Shown here: one piece after another, positions 47,870 to 61,343 of the stretch
Position numbering within the stretch: the stretch's first letter is position 1
How the letters are laid out: every line of letters begins with the position of its first letter
DNA from: Eledone cirrhosa
Lineage: Eukaryota
Direction: 5' to 3'
DNA length: 64,000 nucleotides
NCBI GenBank assembly: GCA_964016885.1
Contig: OZ024743.1
Span: forward strand, 71,362,001 to 71,426,000
Notes under the pieces: model-generated
What the model was told of the DNA's origin: nothing
What the model saw: only the letters and a program-made list of their open reading frames with translations
Databases searched by the model: none
Program-made: the position numbers and the translations under genes

Positions 47870-48545
47870 CCAGACGGTAGCTACCTTGCGCTGGAGTAGA
47901 ACCATTTGCTGAAATTTTCAAGCATGCTTCTGCATGTGTGTAGCACGGATATGACATTTTAGGCTAAGAAGAATCCTACGTTTCTTTGGCACAGATGCTA
48001 CATATATGGTATTTGGTAACAGTAATCGATGGCTGGTTGCCATGAACTTTCATGTGCCACTTCAGGCTTCCTGCCGATTGGCACACTTAACCACATTGAG
48101 GGCAGGTTGTTATAACATACACACCAACGTAATGTGCATCGGTCCTTTTTACATTGCTCCTTTTGTGACTCTTTAATTCAGCTTTGCTGATGCAAGCTTT
48201 CCCAAACTTATTACATGTCAACTCTCCTTGATATTCCACAATTTCTGGCAATTCCACTTTTAAGTCATTCTTCACATCCCTTTTTAATCTTTTATAATTT
48301 TCTAGGGTGGTTTTAAAGTTCACTTTCTCATCATATACAGCTTCCCTCACAGAGTCAGATCATTTGTAGCGTGTTCCTAGTCACCATCGGAGATATAAAC
48401 TTTTATCAGAGATATTTTCAGTCCTTGAACCTCATAGGTTTATGAGGTGGACGTTGGCTATTCCTCAGCTCACTATAAAGGCATTTTTTGAGTAAGATAC
48501 AGTCCTTAATTTTCATCACATATCCTTCCCATCGGTAACTGTGTT
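47870..48545 (-). pseudogene. RTE/BovB-like LINE ORF 3' fragment with C-terminal C2H2-like fingers
   Basis: Minus-strand remnants LYSEL..RP..RFKD, REAVYDEK, TCNKFGKACISKAELKSHKRS, CPQCG. Confidence 0.55.
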
Positions 48546-48619
48546 GCAAGATAATCGATTAATACACATACCCCCCCCCCCCACACACAGACTTACACAC
48601 AAACACACATATACATACA

Positions 48620-49614
48620 TCTATATATATAAAACTGAGGTTGTCTGTCTGTCTATCGATTTTTGGCACACATCTCCTCTTAGAATCTCTCACGGAATTG
48701 CACCGAAATTGCTATACTTGTACATTGAGCCCTAGCGAAGACATCGGAAAAAAATATTTCAAATTGACCCGCCCTATCTGACGAAATCGAATATAATGTA
48801 TCGATTTTTGAGCGTAAGTGATCAGTTATTTCCCTTTGTTCTGTTTACATTCAGCGTAGCGTTGACCTGCAAAATTCATCAGTTCGAACACTAAGCTTCC
48901 GTTTTGCTTCATTTCCATTTAAAAGCCTTTTAAAACAATATTTTTACTTGAAAACAAGTCTATTTAAAGACTACGTAAAACAAGCAAATATTTCGTAAAA
49001 AAAAGCAAAAATTATATAAGTTTATTTAAAATATATGTATCTGTAAATTTCGTTAGGCGTGCAGACAGACAGTCGTGCAGACAGACAGTCGTGCAGAGAG
49101 GTGATATAGGCGTGCAGACAGACAGTCGTGCAGAGAGGTGATATAGGCGTGCAGACAGACAGTCGTGCAGAGAGGTGATATAGGCGTGCAGACAGACAGT
49201 CGTGCAGAGAGTTGATATAGGCGTGCAGACAGACAGTCGTGCAGAGAGGTGATATAGGCGTGCAGACAGACAGTCGTGCAGAGAGGTGATATAGGCGTGC
49301 AGACAGACATAACTGATAATTTGGTTACGCTAATGTTTTTCTCTGCGTTGCAGTGGTTACATTTTCGATCTTTGTTAATAAATAACCAGTGCAGTTTTTA
49401 TCCCCAGCACCCTCTTTTGTTATAACATTCGGGTTATCGTTATGTTTTCTTAACTTCATAAGGCATATTGTTGGTTGAGGGAATATTAATCAAAAACACC
49501 ACATGCAAGTCTGCACAGTAGACACTACAGTTTTTAAGCCAAAAAAGAAACTTAACATTGTAACTTTAACACAGCTACTGAGCGACCCCGAGCAACGCCG
49601 GGCTTTACTGCTAG
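48620..49614 (+). mobile_element. Non-autonomous Helitron (~995 bp)
   Basis: A|TCTATATATATAAAACTGAGG...CCCGAGCAACGCCGGG hairpin...CTAG|T; termini match the large Helitron. Confidence 0.85.
49054..49310 (+). repeat. 37-bp near-perfect minisatellite inside the Helitron, ~7 units
   Basis: TAGGCGTGCAGACAGACAGTCGTGCAGAGAGGTGATA units. Confidence 0.95.
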
Positions 49615-49630
49615 TATATATATATATATG

Positions 49631-50450
49631 TGTTTGAGGAGTGTCAGAAAAGCAACAGGACTTAGTGTGCTGTGTGAACTATGAGTGGGGTAGCGATTAG
49701 TAGGTTGCGTCACAGTCTGGCGTAATATCTGGTGAGTACATAACTGCGATCTCAGCTCCCTGCGGCCATTGCATATTTTTTTCACGTGCTTATATTTACC
49801 GCACCTCAATTTTAGGCTGTCAAGCGATGGGCACAAATTAATGAACCAGCCTGAAGTTTCTGGTCCGGCAGCGGCAAACCCCATCAGAAGCACTCGGAAT
49901 ACTGCAGCAAGTGTACGGGGATGAGACGATGTCGCGCTCACGATTTTTCGAGTGGCACAAAAGGTGGAAGATGTCCTCAGGAGCGGAAGTCCTTCAGCGA
50001 GCATGACTAAGGCCAACGTTGAGCGTGTGAGGCTGGTGATTCATGGCGATCGTCGGCTGAATGTTCGACTGATGGTAAGTGACCTGGGTATGATTCACGA
50101 CAGCGTTTGGAAGATTATCACCGAAGATTTAGGCATGCGGAAGATCTATCCCCGAGTGTCTTGAAACTGGACCAGACTATATTACCTGGGGAGAGTCCTC
50201 ACCGGTGATGAGTCATGGATCTTCGAGTACAACCGGTTTTCCGGACGTGGAAGCCATCAAGAGGGCCTCGACGACAGAGCTGCGCAGAATCCTGAGAGAA
50301 TCCTTCCAGTAGTGCATGGAGGCGAGATGGAGAAGGATGATGGGTAAAGTGCGTTAGGCTTGGGAGGGGAGTTTGTAGTTTGGATTTGAAATACCCAGAT
50401 AACTGCTTGTGATAGCAGGTTAAGATAAGTGAGGGTCCGGACATTTTGAG
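49631..50450 (+). mobile_element. Internally deleted mariner (Tc1/mariner) relic
   Basis: Remnants QVYGDETMSRSR..EWHKR, RSG.PS..NVERVR..DRRL..EDLGMRK, TGDESWIFEY, F.DVEAIK..T.ELR.I..FQ. Confidence 0.8.
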
Positions 50451-50724
50451 GATATGAGCTAATACTTCCAAATAGTGCAAAAACCCATTTAAATGCCATC
50501 CTGGAAACAGTAAAAACTATAGAGTGACAATCCCAGGACTGGTCGCACCAGTTACGGTAACTTGATATATATATATTTTCATAGAATTGTAGCATTCTCA
50601 GCGCGAAGGGTAGATGTAAACAGCTGAATACTGTATGTATAGTAAAATGTCGGGTTAAGATATAACCCGATATTGAAGAGAGAGCGGGAGAGAAAGGAAG
50701 AGTGTCTAAAGCATTCGATGAGAA

Positions 50725-50759
<35 letters not shown>

Positions 50760-50840
50760 AAAACCCAACACTAATAACAAAGAAGACGACACAATTCACT
50801 GAAGAAATATATTAGTTTAACACTTGAAATAACAGGAAAA

Positions 50841-50880
50841 GAGTCTTAACGTTTCGGACACTAGTCCTTCATCAGAATAT
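50841..50880 (-). ncRNA. Minimal hammerhead ribozyme of PLE type
   Basis: Minus strand CTGATGA A GGAC TAGT GTCC GAAACGTTA; perfect stem II, palindromic AACGTT stem III, weak stem I. Confidence 0.65.
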
Positions 50881-52027
50881 AGAATTAGAAATAAAAAATA
50901 AAATAGAAAGATAAAGTGTAAGAAGAGGGATGAACGGGACCCCCCCTCCCCCCTCCCCCCCCAAAAAAGGGAAAAAATGAGAAAAAAACACACGTGCATA
51001 TGTAGTCAGTCATTCTGGAGATTTTCTATATATAGAGAAAGATAGACAGACTCAGTGAGGCACATATGACAACAACACTGTGGCAGAAAACGATGACTTC
51101 TGGCAAAGCATTTAAGAACTACTAGAATGTTTTCAACATTTACTACACCCCAATTTCTGTCATAGGTTTCATTATTTCATGAATTCTAAATATAAATTTT
51201 AGAACTGATTCGTTAGATCGTGTCATTCCTTGGTCAGACGGACAAAACATTCTGTACAATTATTATAATGTAAATTTTCATGCCCTAGATTTGTTGATGT
51301 TTGTTCTACTCTTAAATGAAACTATCATTACTGTGTCACAACTGTCTGTCTCACAAATGAATAACGCAATTTATATGAAACATTAAAATATAGTGTTTAC
51401 GAATAACAACATTTTATCTCTTTACACATATAAAACTGACACATAGAAGCTTTTAAATGTCCCATGAAATTTAATTCTCCACTTAAATTTTCTGTCGTTC
51501 ACTGTACTGTGAAGCAACGTTTTCTGTAAATGTTATCCAGAATTCAATTAACATAAATTATGATACTAATAACTTCGGCAATATTAGTAATACTCTTATG
51601 TTTTCTCAATTAAATATCTAGTGTGTGACTTTATCAGTAAACAATGACTAATTAATTCTTTGATATGTTAAGCTCGAATGCTTACTGATACGTTCCTTGG
51701 CAACAAGTGTTAGTTGTACAGGTCTAAAGGAGGTTAGTCTGGCCCGTGCTTATCCTGGTTTCGTGGCGTGAAGTGACTGACTGTACATGACTGGACAAGA
51801 CGCCAGTCCATCGCAGGGTTAAACCTCCAGCTATTGCTGGTACTCATTTTCAACTGAGTATACTGGAATAACGTGAAATGAAGTGTTTTTGCTCAAGAAC
51901 ACAACACACAGCCCAGGAATCGAACCCACGACATTATGCTTGTAAGACCAACACCCTTACTACTGGGCCACGCTGTACAAGACATAGCACTATATTTCAG
52001 TTGTACAGGACTTAGTACTATATAGTT

Positions 52028-52352
52028 GTGTGAAGGCTCGTAGCTTTGTGGTTAGGGGTTTCGTCTCACGATCACAAGGCAGTGAGTTCGATTCCTGGCG
52101 GCACATTGTGTCCTTGAGCAAGACACTTTATTTCACAATGCTTCAGTTCACTCAACTAGCAAAAATGAGTTGTACCTGTAATTTGAAGGGCCAGCCTTAT
52201 CAACATTCTGTGTTACGCTGAATCTTCCTGGGAACTACGTTAAAGGTACGCGTGTCTATGAAATGTTCAGCCACTTGCACGTTGATTTCACGAGCAGCCT
52301 GTTCCATTGATCGCATAAATAGGAATACTCGTCGTCGTAACTGACGAAGTGC
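52028..52352 (+). mobile_element. tRNA-derived SINE with long tail (homologues at 7408-7635 and 43385-43525)
   Basis: B-box GAGTTCGATTCC; gtgtccttgagcaagacactttatttcac core; tail shared with 7420-7635. Confidence 0.82.
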
Positions 52353-52987
52353 CACTACTATTATATAACCATATACTACTAGATAACTCCAATAGGACTA
52401 TTACTACTATATACAAATATAATATACAAGAAATTAACACAGGAGTACAACCTAGTAGTACAACAGTTCAATGATGATATATATTAGTTTAACACTGGTT
52501 TATCAAGGATAGATGGACATTTATTTAAAATAGAATACATAAAAACACAATTTAATAACTGAGGAACTACGTGAATGAAAGGCTATAAAATAGATAAAAC
52601 ACTACAAATATAAAAAAAAACGGAAAAGGAAGGGAAAAAACAAGGGCTCCAGGGCCGCAGAAGAATGGGAGAGGAGGGGGGATGGTGATGGGCTCTGGGC
52701 CTAGGGCGCTGTGGTGATGGGGCTGCGCTTCACGGACAAGACCGCCAATGCATTTCCGCTGACAATGGCCGGCGACACCATCACTATTCAGCACGACGTA
52801 TTAAGCAAGAGTTTAGTTGTTTTTACAGTTTAGACAGAGGAGGAGGAAGAGCACACAAGCCACTTAAAGGAAGCGAGGAAGATATCTGCAAAATAGAAAG
52901 CGTCCAAAATACTTGTAACAGTTCTGTTATAGTAAGCCAAGAACCAGTTGGTGGGCGAGGGATAAACTTTACCACGCGAAAGATCTG

Positions 52988-53022
<35 letters not shown>

Positions 53023-53152
53023 GAAAGTAAAAAAAAAAATCTTCGGCTCTGTTTAATTACATTGAGCTATACCTTTTACTGTCATTTCTATAATACGAAG
53101 AGGGTGTTTAACTCCAACACGCTCCAGTATTTTAATCCTTATATATATATAT

Positions 53153-53238
<86 letters not shown>

Positions 53239-53381
53239 TATATTCTACTAAATTCGCCCATCTACCACCCTCAACTGGGACTTTATTGTATCAATCCCAA
53301 CCTGACAAAAAAAAAAATAATTGGAAATCAAAGGTGACTTTGACAGACTAAAACTTTGAGCGAGAGAGAGAGAGAGAGAGA

Positions 53382-53449
<68 letters not shown>

Positions 53450-53977
53450 GGAGGTGAGAGAAAGAGAGAACAAATACGGTTAGCTAGGTATTTCGTTGTG
53501 GGTTCTAACGACTCGGTCAATCCGGTATTAAGAGACTATAGAGCGGGTGATGGAATACGAACTGTTTATCGTTTTCTCTTCGGGCTGACTTAATCAACTG
53601 CAGATTTAGTAGGACTGCAGAAGTCTATTTAAAGAACTCTTCAATAGTTGAAAGGTGTGTCAGTTTGAAGAATTTTAAGACATTAATAGATGGCCAATTA
53701 GGAAAGATGATGAATTGAGAAGGATGTTAAGTTGGCAAAGAACCTGGAGTTAAGAGTGACTTGGCAAGAAAACTAGAATCGAAGTCATAGGAATGTAATT
53801 GCAATTCTTAATTGTAGCCGGATTAACCATTCTTCGACAATCAATCGAAAATAGTCAGCCAAAAAAACGCAGGAGAAATTAAGCTTCTAGATATACAGAA
53901 GCTCAATAACTCTAAAAAGTCTTCTGACAGAAAATAGAATATCTAGATAGAGAAGTAGATGAAACAACAGCAACAAT

Positions 53978-54648
53978 CGTAGTGGTGATGGTGGTGATGG
54001 TGGTGGTGGTGGTGGTGGTGGTGGTGGTGCTGACGGTGGTGGTGGTGGTGGAGATGTGGTTGTGGTGGTAGTAGTGGTGGTGGTTGTGGTAGTGGTGGTG
54101 GTTGTGGTGGTTGTGGCGGTTGTGGTGGGAGGAGGTGGTGTTAGTAGTAGTAGTGGTAGTGGTGGTGGTAGTTGTGGTGGTTGTGGTGGAGGTGCGGTGG
54201 CGGTATTGGTTGTGGTGGTGGTGGTTGTGATGGTGGTGTTACTAGTAGCAGAGGTGGTAGTGGCTGTTGTGGTGCTGGTGATGATGGTGTTAAGAGTGAC
54301 AGTGGTAGTAGTAGTGGTAGAAGTAGTGTTAGTAGTAGTAGTAATAGTAGTAGTAATAGTAGTAGTAGTAGTAGTAGTAGTAATGTTAGAAGTAGTGTTA
54401 GTAGTAGTAGTAGTAATAGTAGTAGTAACAGCAGCAGCAGTAGTAGCAGTAGTAAGAGTAGTAGTAGTAGTAACAGTAGTAGCAGTAGCAGTAGTAGCAA
54501 CAGCAGTAGTAGTTACAGTAGTAGTAGTAGTAGTACTAGCAGTAGCAGTAGTAGTAGTAGTAGTAGTAGTAGCAGTAGCAACAGTAGTAGTAGTAACAGT
54601 AGTAGTAGTAACAGTAGTAGTAGTAGCAGCAGTAGTAGTAGCAGTTAC

Positions 54649-54679
<31 letters not shown>

Positions 54680-54681
54680 AC

Positions 54682-54712
<31 letters not shown>

Positions 54713-54840
54713 TTAGTAGTAGTAACAGTAGTAGTAACAGTAGTAGTAGTAGTAGTATTAGTAGTAGTAGTAGTAGTAGTAGTAGTAACATTAGTAGTAG
54801 TAGTAGTAGTAGTAGTAGTAACAGAAGTAGTAGTAGTAAC

Positions 54841-54871
<31 letters not shown>

Positions 54872-54889
54872 ACACTAGCAGTAGTAGTG

Positions 54890-54920
<31 letters not shown>

Positions 54921-54965
54921 CAGTAGTCCTAGCAGTAGTAGTAGTAGTAGTAGTAGTATTGGCAG
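53978..54965 (+). repeat. ~1-kb compound trinucleotide repeat, (GTG)n grading into (GTA)n
   Basis: Direct inspection. Confidence 0.95.
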
Positions 54966-55376
54966 CAACAGAAAATCAGAGAAGGCAATCAATGTAGAGA
55001 ATGTGACTAGACGGAGATTATATCTCGTCTCCCGGATTAAATTAAGTTTAGTCGGATTAGCAGTTGATTGAATATTTAAGCTAATTTGATTATGTAAAGT
55101 GTTGAGTTCTCCCTAGGAAAAAATAAATCATCTGTCAGAAATACCTTTTAGCTCTATTGGACACACAGGAATACTTCAATATATATGTGGAGAGACTGAG
55201 ATGTAGAGTGGCTATGTAAAATACCCTCGCCCCCCCCTCTCTCTCTCTGAAAAGATATATATATATATATAGTGAGAGAGAGGTAGAACACTGGAAGGTA
55301 ATATCCGTAGTGGTAGAGCACTCAGTCCATGGGACGAGTTTGGTAGAAGTAGGAATACAACAGCTAGTTCACCATA

Positions 55377-55417
55377 CCGAGAACAATTGTTTCATCTTAT
55401 GCGGATCTTCAGCTCAG
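55377..55417 (-). ncRNA. Type-I hammerhead ribozyme
   Basis: Minus strand CTGAG CTGAAGA TCCGCATAAGAT GAAACAATTGTT CTCGG; 5-bp stem I, palindromic stem III, weak stem II. Confidence 0.65.
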
Positions 55418-55519
55418 ACTGGTAATGGTTATATGGGACAGGAAGAACAATATATATATATAATTAGTACAGATTAAAATTTTAAGCAAAAACTTTTGCT
55501 TTCACCCTAAGCGGAATCA

Positions 55520-55638
<119 letters not shown>

Positions 55639-55639
55639 A

Positions 55640-55710
<71 letters not shown>

Positions 55711-55721
55711 ATATCTATCTA

Positions 55722-56416
55722 TTAGCTAAACTACCCGTCCTTTGGACGGTTCAAGTAGCTTTCGATGTAGCTCATTAAACTAAACAAAGTAAATTTGAAT
55801 ACATAGAAGAAAAACGTACTTTATGTAAACATGAAAACCTTAGGCACTGTTCCAGAGAAATAATTAATATGTGAGCTCGGTGTCATCCGTTATACCATGC
55901 AACAACAGAAATCCAGTCTAGGTATACATTTTTTTGACAACAGTAAAAGCGCATCACGAAATAGAGAAGTGAAGTGAATAATAGACACTATTATGTACAA
56001 AGCATAATATTGTAAAAGTTATGACATCACTTAATGTATGAACATCAAGCTTGAAACGATAAATTATACAATGTCAAATCTATAATTTAACTTAGTAATC
56101 TGTTAGAAATTGCTGTTTGTGAAATATACAAAATGATATTGTTAGTCTCAAGGAAGCGTACCTTTTGTTTCAAGTACAAAGAGTAAATTAAAATCCGAAT
56201 GAGCCGAATTACGAAAGATAACTGTTGTCTTACTTAATGATAACTCTTGCTTGTCTTACTTAATCACGAAAATTGACACAAATAACCGAAATTTTTTAAT
56301 GTCGCCAAAAGCCCCAATATCGATTTCAAAGAAATCGCATGAATGGTTTAGAATATATGAGCCCCCATTAAAAAATTTCCACACACACATACACACACAT
56401 ACAGAAAACTTCGTCG

Positions 56417-56428
<12 letters not shown>
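55722..56428 (-). mobile_element. Probable non-autonomous Helitron
   Basis: Minus strand ends CCGTCCAAAGGACGG hairpin + CTAA|T; the other end is TA/TG-microsatellite-rich like the other Helitrons. Confidence 0.55.
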
Positions 56429-56475
<47 letters not shown>

Positions 56476-57291
56476 CGATTGGAAGGTTAATGCAATCGAA
56501 GTTGTGGCGGTCGGCTAACATCCACGAAAGAACAAATTTCGGAGTTTGCACGAAGCACTCAATAAAAATGTAACAATAAATCGATAGGTTACACCTTAGA
56601 GTCATAAACATATGTTAAATGGCGCGACAAATTAAAAAAAAATGCGGTTAAGGGGAGCAAGCCACAGAAGTCACCACAACAACGAAAATACAATCAGTTT
56701 AAATACCAAATCTGGACCGTATCGGAAGGTATTATGCAATATCCTAGATTGGTTTCTATGAAATCAAAATCAACAATCCGACTTGCGCAATATGCAAGAT
56801 TTTGGTATTTGTAGACCGAAACGCGGACCCATGTTATCAACAGGTTTCTGTTCTCTGCCACATTACACCCCCCCACCCACACACACATATATATATACAT
56901 ATGTAACCTGGCTCTCCATCGGTTACGACAAGTGTTCCAGTTGATATCAGTTTGAAACCGTTGTATAACATATTTTCCATAATTCTTTGCAGGCACCACA
57001 ACGCATGCACACACATACACACGCGCACTCACCCCCCCACACAATAATTCTTCATTTAACGACCATCTCATTTACCGAACATTATCATACCTCTGCCAGC
57101 TCTCACACATACAACTGTTACCATGCGACTGCCAACCTAACCTCACTATCACGCTACGAGAACAGCAACAAGGAAACTGGCTAATACCATCAAATATCTG
57201 TGTTTCATTCAGTCAATCATTGTTTACTGTATCGACAGTATGTCATTCCTAAATACTAAAATTTTACATCTCAACATTTATAACAGGTTAA

Positions 57292-57512
57292 CCATTTGGC
57301 ATTTAAACCGGCCGTATCTAGCCAGAATTCTCTGACCTCTTTCTGTTCAAACCGGACATAACTGGCCATTCATACTGGTGTTAAGGTATTGTTCTCAACA
57401 TAAATAATATCAAAATCTCGTAGACTTGATATTATGTGAAATAATTATGTAAGATAAAGCCTTTACTGTGAAAATACAATAGCAAATATAGAGTAATGTA
57501 AATGCTAAAGGG
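57292..57512. mobile_element. piggyBac-type MITE (221 bp)
   Basis: TTAA on both sides; imperfect 14-bp TIRs CCATTTGGCATTTA / TAAATGCTAAAGGG. Confidence 0.65.
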
Positions 57513-57896
57513 TTAAACATATAAGTTGATTTGTTCATTTCTATAAGATTCCAGCTTCGATAGCTTCAGTAAAGACCGAAGGTTATGTAGTCTTGATAAC
57601 AACTAAGAAGTGAGAAACGGTAGCATCGTTGATTACTTCCCCCTGCCTTTGTTGAAGCTAGGTATGTGACGTTCATTACCTTAAAATTCATAGCGAATGG
57701 TCTTCACAATATTTTGAAATAAACATACAGTATATTGTTAAACATAGAATACCTACATTCATATATATATATATATAAGGGATAACAAGTTATCGTTTTA
57801 GGTAATCCAGTTAGAGGTTGTGAGTACTCTGTACTATGGACAGTTTTAACGTACGGCGGTGATTGCCTCAACAAGAGGTTTCCTTAGTTAGGTAGC

Positions 57897-58011
57897 CAGT
57901 ATTCCGATGATTTGATCAGAGACACACACTGTATTTAAGGTCGAGTGACGCAAGTTCGAGTGATTAGCGGCCTTTAGACTCACCTGATCAATGAAACAAT
58001 TGTTAATACTG
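57897..58011 (+). ncRNA. Type-I hammerhead with long stem II (core CCGATGA)
   Basis: CAGTATT/AATACTG stem I; TTGATCAG/CTGATCAA stem II; GAAACAATTGTT; preceded by an inverted copy of the family's downstream tail (57778-57895). Confidence 0.65.
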
Positions 58012-58184
58012 TAAACAAGACCCTTTTTGTACAGCCGACCATGTTATTCTTCACTCTTTCACTATATATATATACATATATATATATACACACACACATA
58101 TTCAGGCATATAATGTTGTGTATGTATATATATAATGTTGTATATATATATATATATATACTCACATATTCAGGCATATAATGT

Positions 58185-58230
<46 letters not shown>

Positions 58231-58887
58231 ACAAAGAAATACACAGACACATGCGAATACATACATATATATGCATATACCCACATATATCCCTGAATTT
58301 GTGTGGTGCCAACCTTAACCGTTGTTGCTCTATGAATAATAGGGACAAAATAATCTGAATGGATTAGATTGATTCAATATCAGAGCTATCTCGCGTCCTA
58401 CGGACGTGTTTTTAAACTCTACATGAGATATCCTCTTGATAAGTCGGCAAACCTCACAAAAATACTGCATCTCTATGATGTAATGTTTTTGCATAATAGC
58501 CACGAAACTACGTAGTCGAGGATAATGAAGGAAGTTAGTTATATTATATCTTTTTATTTATATCTAATGTTTCTTCTTTCTTTATAATATATTATATATA
58601 TATATATATATATATAGCTCTACGTTTCTTATATATTTGATATATATTTATCCTTATCGAGCCCTCTTTGGATTTTAGTCTTCAAATTTATTATTATTAC
58701 TATATATATATATATAGTTTAATGTTTTGTATATTTATCTTACTATTGGTTCACCAACATGAGCATTCAATGCATAAGCAGGTCTGTTTTAGTATAATAT
58801 GTGGTGTTGTACGTTTATTGTTATACTGTGGTCGGTCTTCTTCATAAGCAGAATATTAATAATAATAATGAGTAGTTTCTTTAAACC

Positions 58888-58977
58888 ACGAGTTTGATGA
58901 GCTATTAATTCCAGAGTGATGGGTGATTGATACGGTCGTACCTTGAGCTGATAAATCGCGAAACGTGCGTCACACGT
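58888..58977 (+). ncRNA. Degenerate type-I hammerhead with long stem II
   Basis: ACGAGT TTGATGA GCTATT...AATCGC GAAA CGTGCGTC ACACGT, then AAATAAA. Confidence 0.6.
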
Positions 58978-59119
58978 AAATAAATGTAATTGTTTCTACT
59001 TTTGGCAGAAGGCCAGCAATTACCCCAGTGCATTACTGGTACTTTATTTTATTGACCCCCATGAGGATGAAAGGCAATTCGAAACAGTTCTAGTCTGTAT
59101 AAGCCATTTCTTCACCCCC

Positions 59120-59215
<96 letters not shown>

Positions 59216-59390
59216 TTGGTATCTGTATAGTGAAAAACATATTCATCTCATATATGTTGAGGATATAATTTATATCCACACATGCTTTAAAGACATAAAT
59301 ATACATATTAGTTAGATTTTGAATGGTAAATCTCATAATTTTAGTATATCTCTATGTAAATATACATATATTCAAACACATAGAAACACG

Positions 59391-59424
<34 letters not shown>

Positions 59425-59696
59425 CATAGCCCTAGAGGCAGACACAGGCATAGAGGCATACAGACAGACAGACTAGACAAGCTTAGTGCCTGGAAGAAGC
59501 AAAATGTCCTTAGTGATTACAGTAAGAAATGTTGAGATATGGTATCAAATATTATAAATTGGTCATCTACAGTAAACTACTTGATGAAGCAACGATAGAT
59601 TAACTAATGTTAAGAACCAGTTAAGTATATAATACTACGGCAGAGAGAGATAGAGATCGATAGATAGATAGATAGGTAAGTAGGTAGGTAGATAGA

Positions 59697-59815
59697 TATC
59701 TTACTTTATTTGCCACAGGGGCGCACAAAAATGGGACATTACAAGACGTGACGGCGGGGGTTTTACATAAAATCTTTAACAATGATAAATAACAATAAAC
59801 AATATAAAACAATAT
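59697..59815 (-). mobile_element. Tx1 3'-UTR end fragment in (GATA)n
   Basis: Minus strand gtaatgtcccatttttgtgcgcccctgtggcaaataaa matches 11401-11440; (GATA)n on both sides. Confidence 0.75.
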
Positions 59816-60645
59816 AGAGAGATAGATAGACAGATAGATAGATAGATAGAGAGAGAGGGAAAGAGAGACAAAGAAAGGGAGAGAGAGATAGAGAGAGAGA
59901 TAGAGATAGATAGACAGATAGAGAGAGAGAGAGGGGGGAAAGAGAGACAGCGAGAGAAAGAAAGAGATAGATAGAAGATAGAGAGAGAACACGAGATAGA
60001 GACACAGGCAGAGATAGAGATAGAGAGAGACAGTGAACATGAGTTAGAGACAGAGAGGGAAAGAAAGAAATAGACACATAGATATAAAGACAGAGAGAGA
60101 GGGAGATACAAACACAGAGAGGGATTTGATCTCACCAAGACCCAACATTTTTGTATTCCTACATAATTAAATACGTATATATAATAAAACACGTGCATGT
60201 GTGTTTAACTGTTTATCTTCCAGCGCGCACGCACACACAAACATATATACACACAAATACACACATATATATATATATATATACATGCACAAATGTTTGT
60301 ATATATATATATATATATATATACACAGTTCCAGAGTAAACCAATCTTAAAGAGAGAGATGGCGATAGGAGAGGGGAAGAGAGATTGGTGAAGGTGTTAG
60401 AAGCCAAAAGCGTAGAGGCATGTGCTCGATGTGCAATATGCAGTGGAAGGCAGCTAGAGGGCTGGGTTCATGCAGAGATTATGTGCACAGAGCTGGAAAT
60501 AGATTATTCTTAGTCCTTACATTAAACTGCAACTATGTTGACACTCTTTAACTAACGTCCCCCTTTAGAATTTTGTGGTCTTGTTTTGCTTAACTAATGA
60601 ATATATATATATATATATACACACACACACGTGTGTCTGTTTCTC

Positions 60646-60755
<110 letters not shown>

Positions 60756-60855
60756 CAGAAGGGATATTCAATTTGTTGGTAATTCAACAAATATAAATGT
60801 TTATAACTGATTCAGAGCACTCAACAGTTTTTCTGGAGTATAATATACAATGAAA

Positions 60856-61150
60856 TTAAATAAATGGAAACTATATTTATAAAACCATATTTATTCTATT
60901 ATATATTTTTCAAGGGTACCAAAATTTTGGTACGCTATCATCAGATAAAATACGAAGTGTGTTTTATAAATTTTGATATAACCAAGGAAAACTTGAACCG
61001 TTAAGGTATATTTTCCTTGGTATTGTCAAAATTTATAAAACACACTTCGTATTTTATCTGATGATAGCGTACCAAAATTTTGGTACCCTTGAAATATATA
61101 TATATAATAGAATAAATATGGTTTTATAAATATAGTTTCCATTTATTTAA
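60856..61150. mobile_element. Fold-back element with ~135-bp arms and a hammerhead in each arm
   Basis: Arms 60856-60991 and 61011-61150; hammerheads at 60892-60952 (-) and 61050-61114 (+). Confidence 0.85.
61050..61114 (+). ncRNA. Type-I hammerhead ribozyme
   Basis: TATTTTAT CTGATGA TAG CGTACCAAAATTTTGGTACC CTT GAAA (TA)6 ATAGAATA. Confidence 0.72.
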
Positions 61151-61167
61151 TATTATTGTATATATAT

Positions 61168-61343
61168 TGGCAGTATCGGTAGAGGGTTGGACGCCATGCT
61201 TTCTAGCATAGTTACGCCCCTTTACAGTCTGAGTTCAAATCCCGCCGAAGTTAACTTTGCCTTTCATCCTTACGGGGTCGATAAAATAAAGTACCAGTAA
61301 TGTACTGTGTATTTGCTGGCCTTGTGCCTAAAGTAGAAAGAAT
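61168..61343 (+). mobile_element. SINE family A (further degenerate copies at 62120-62520)
   Basis: A-box, B-box and central domain present. Confidence 0.85.

Noticed and set aside
49054-49310. CRISPR-like 37-bp repeats (also the 53-bp and 17-bp arrays)
   Set aside because: Units are contiguous with no unique spacers, there are no cas genes, and the context is eukaryotic
52560-52960. GC-richer island, possibly a LINE 3' end or an exon
   Set aside because: No recognisable protein motif or splice structure to support a call
54056-55071. 313-aa poly-Val and 299-aa poly-Ser ORFs
   Set aside because: Trinucleotide (GTG/GTA)n repeat open in several frames, with no domain or splice evidence
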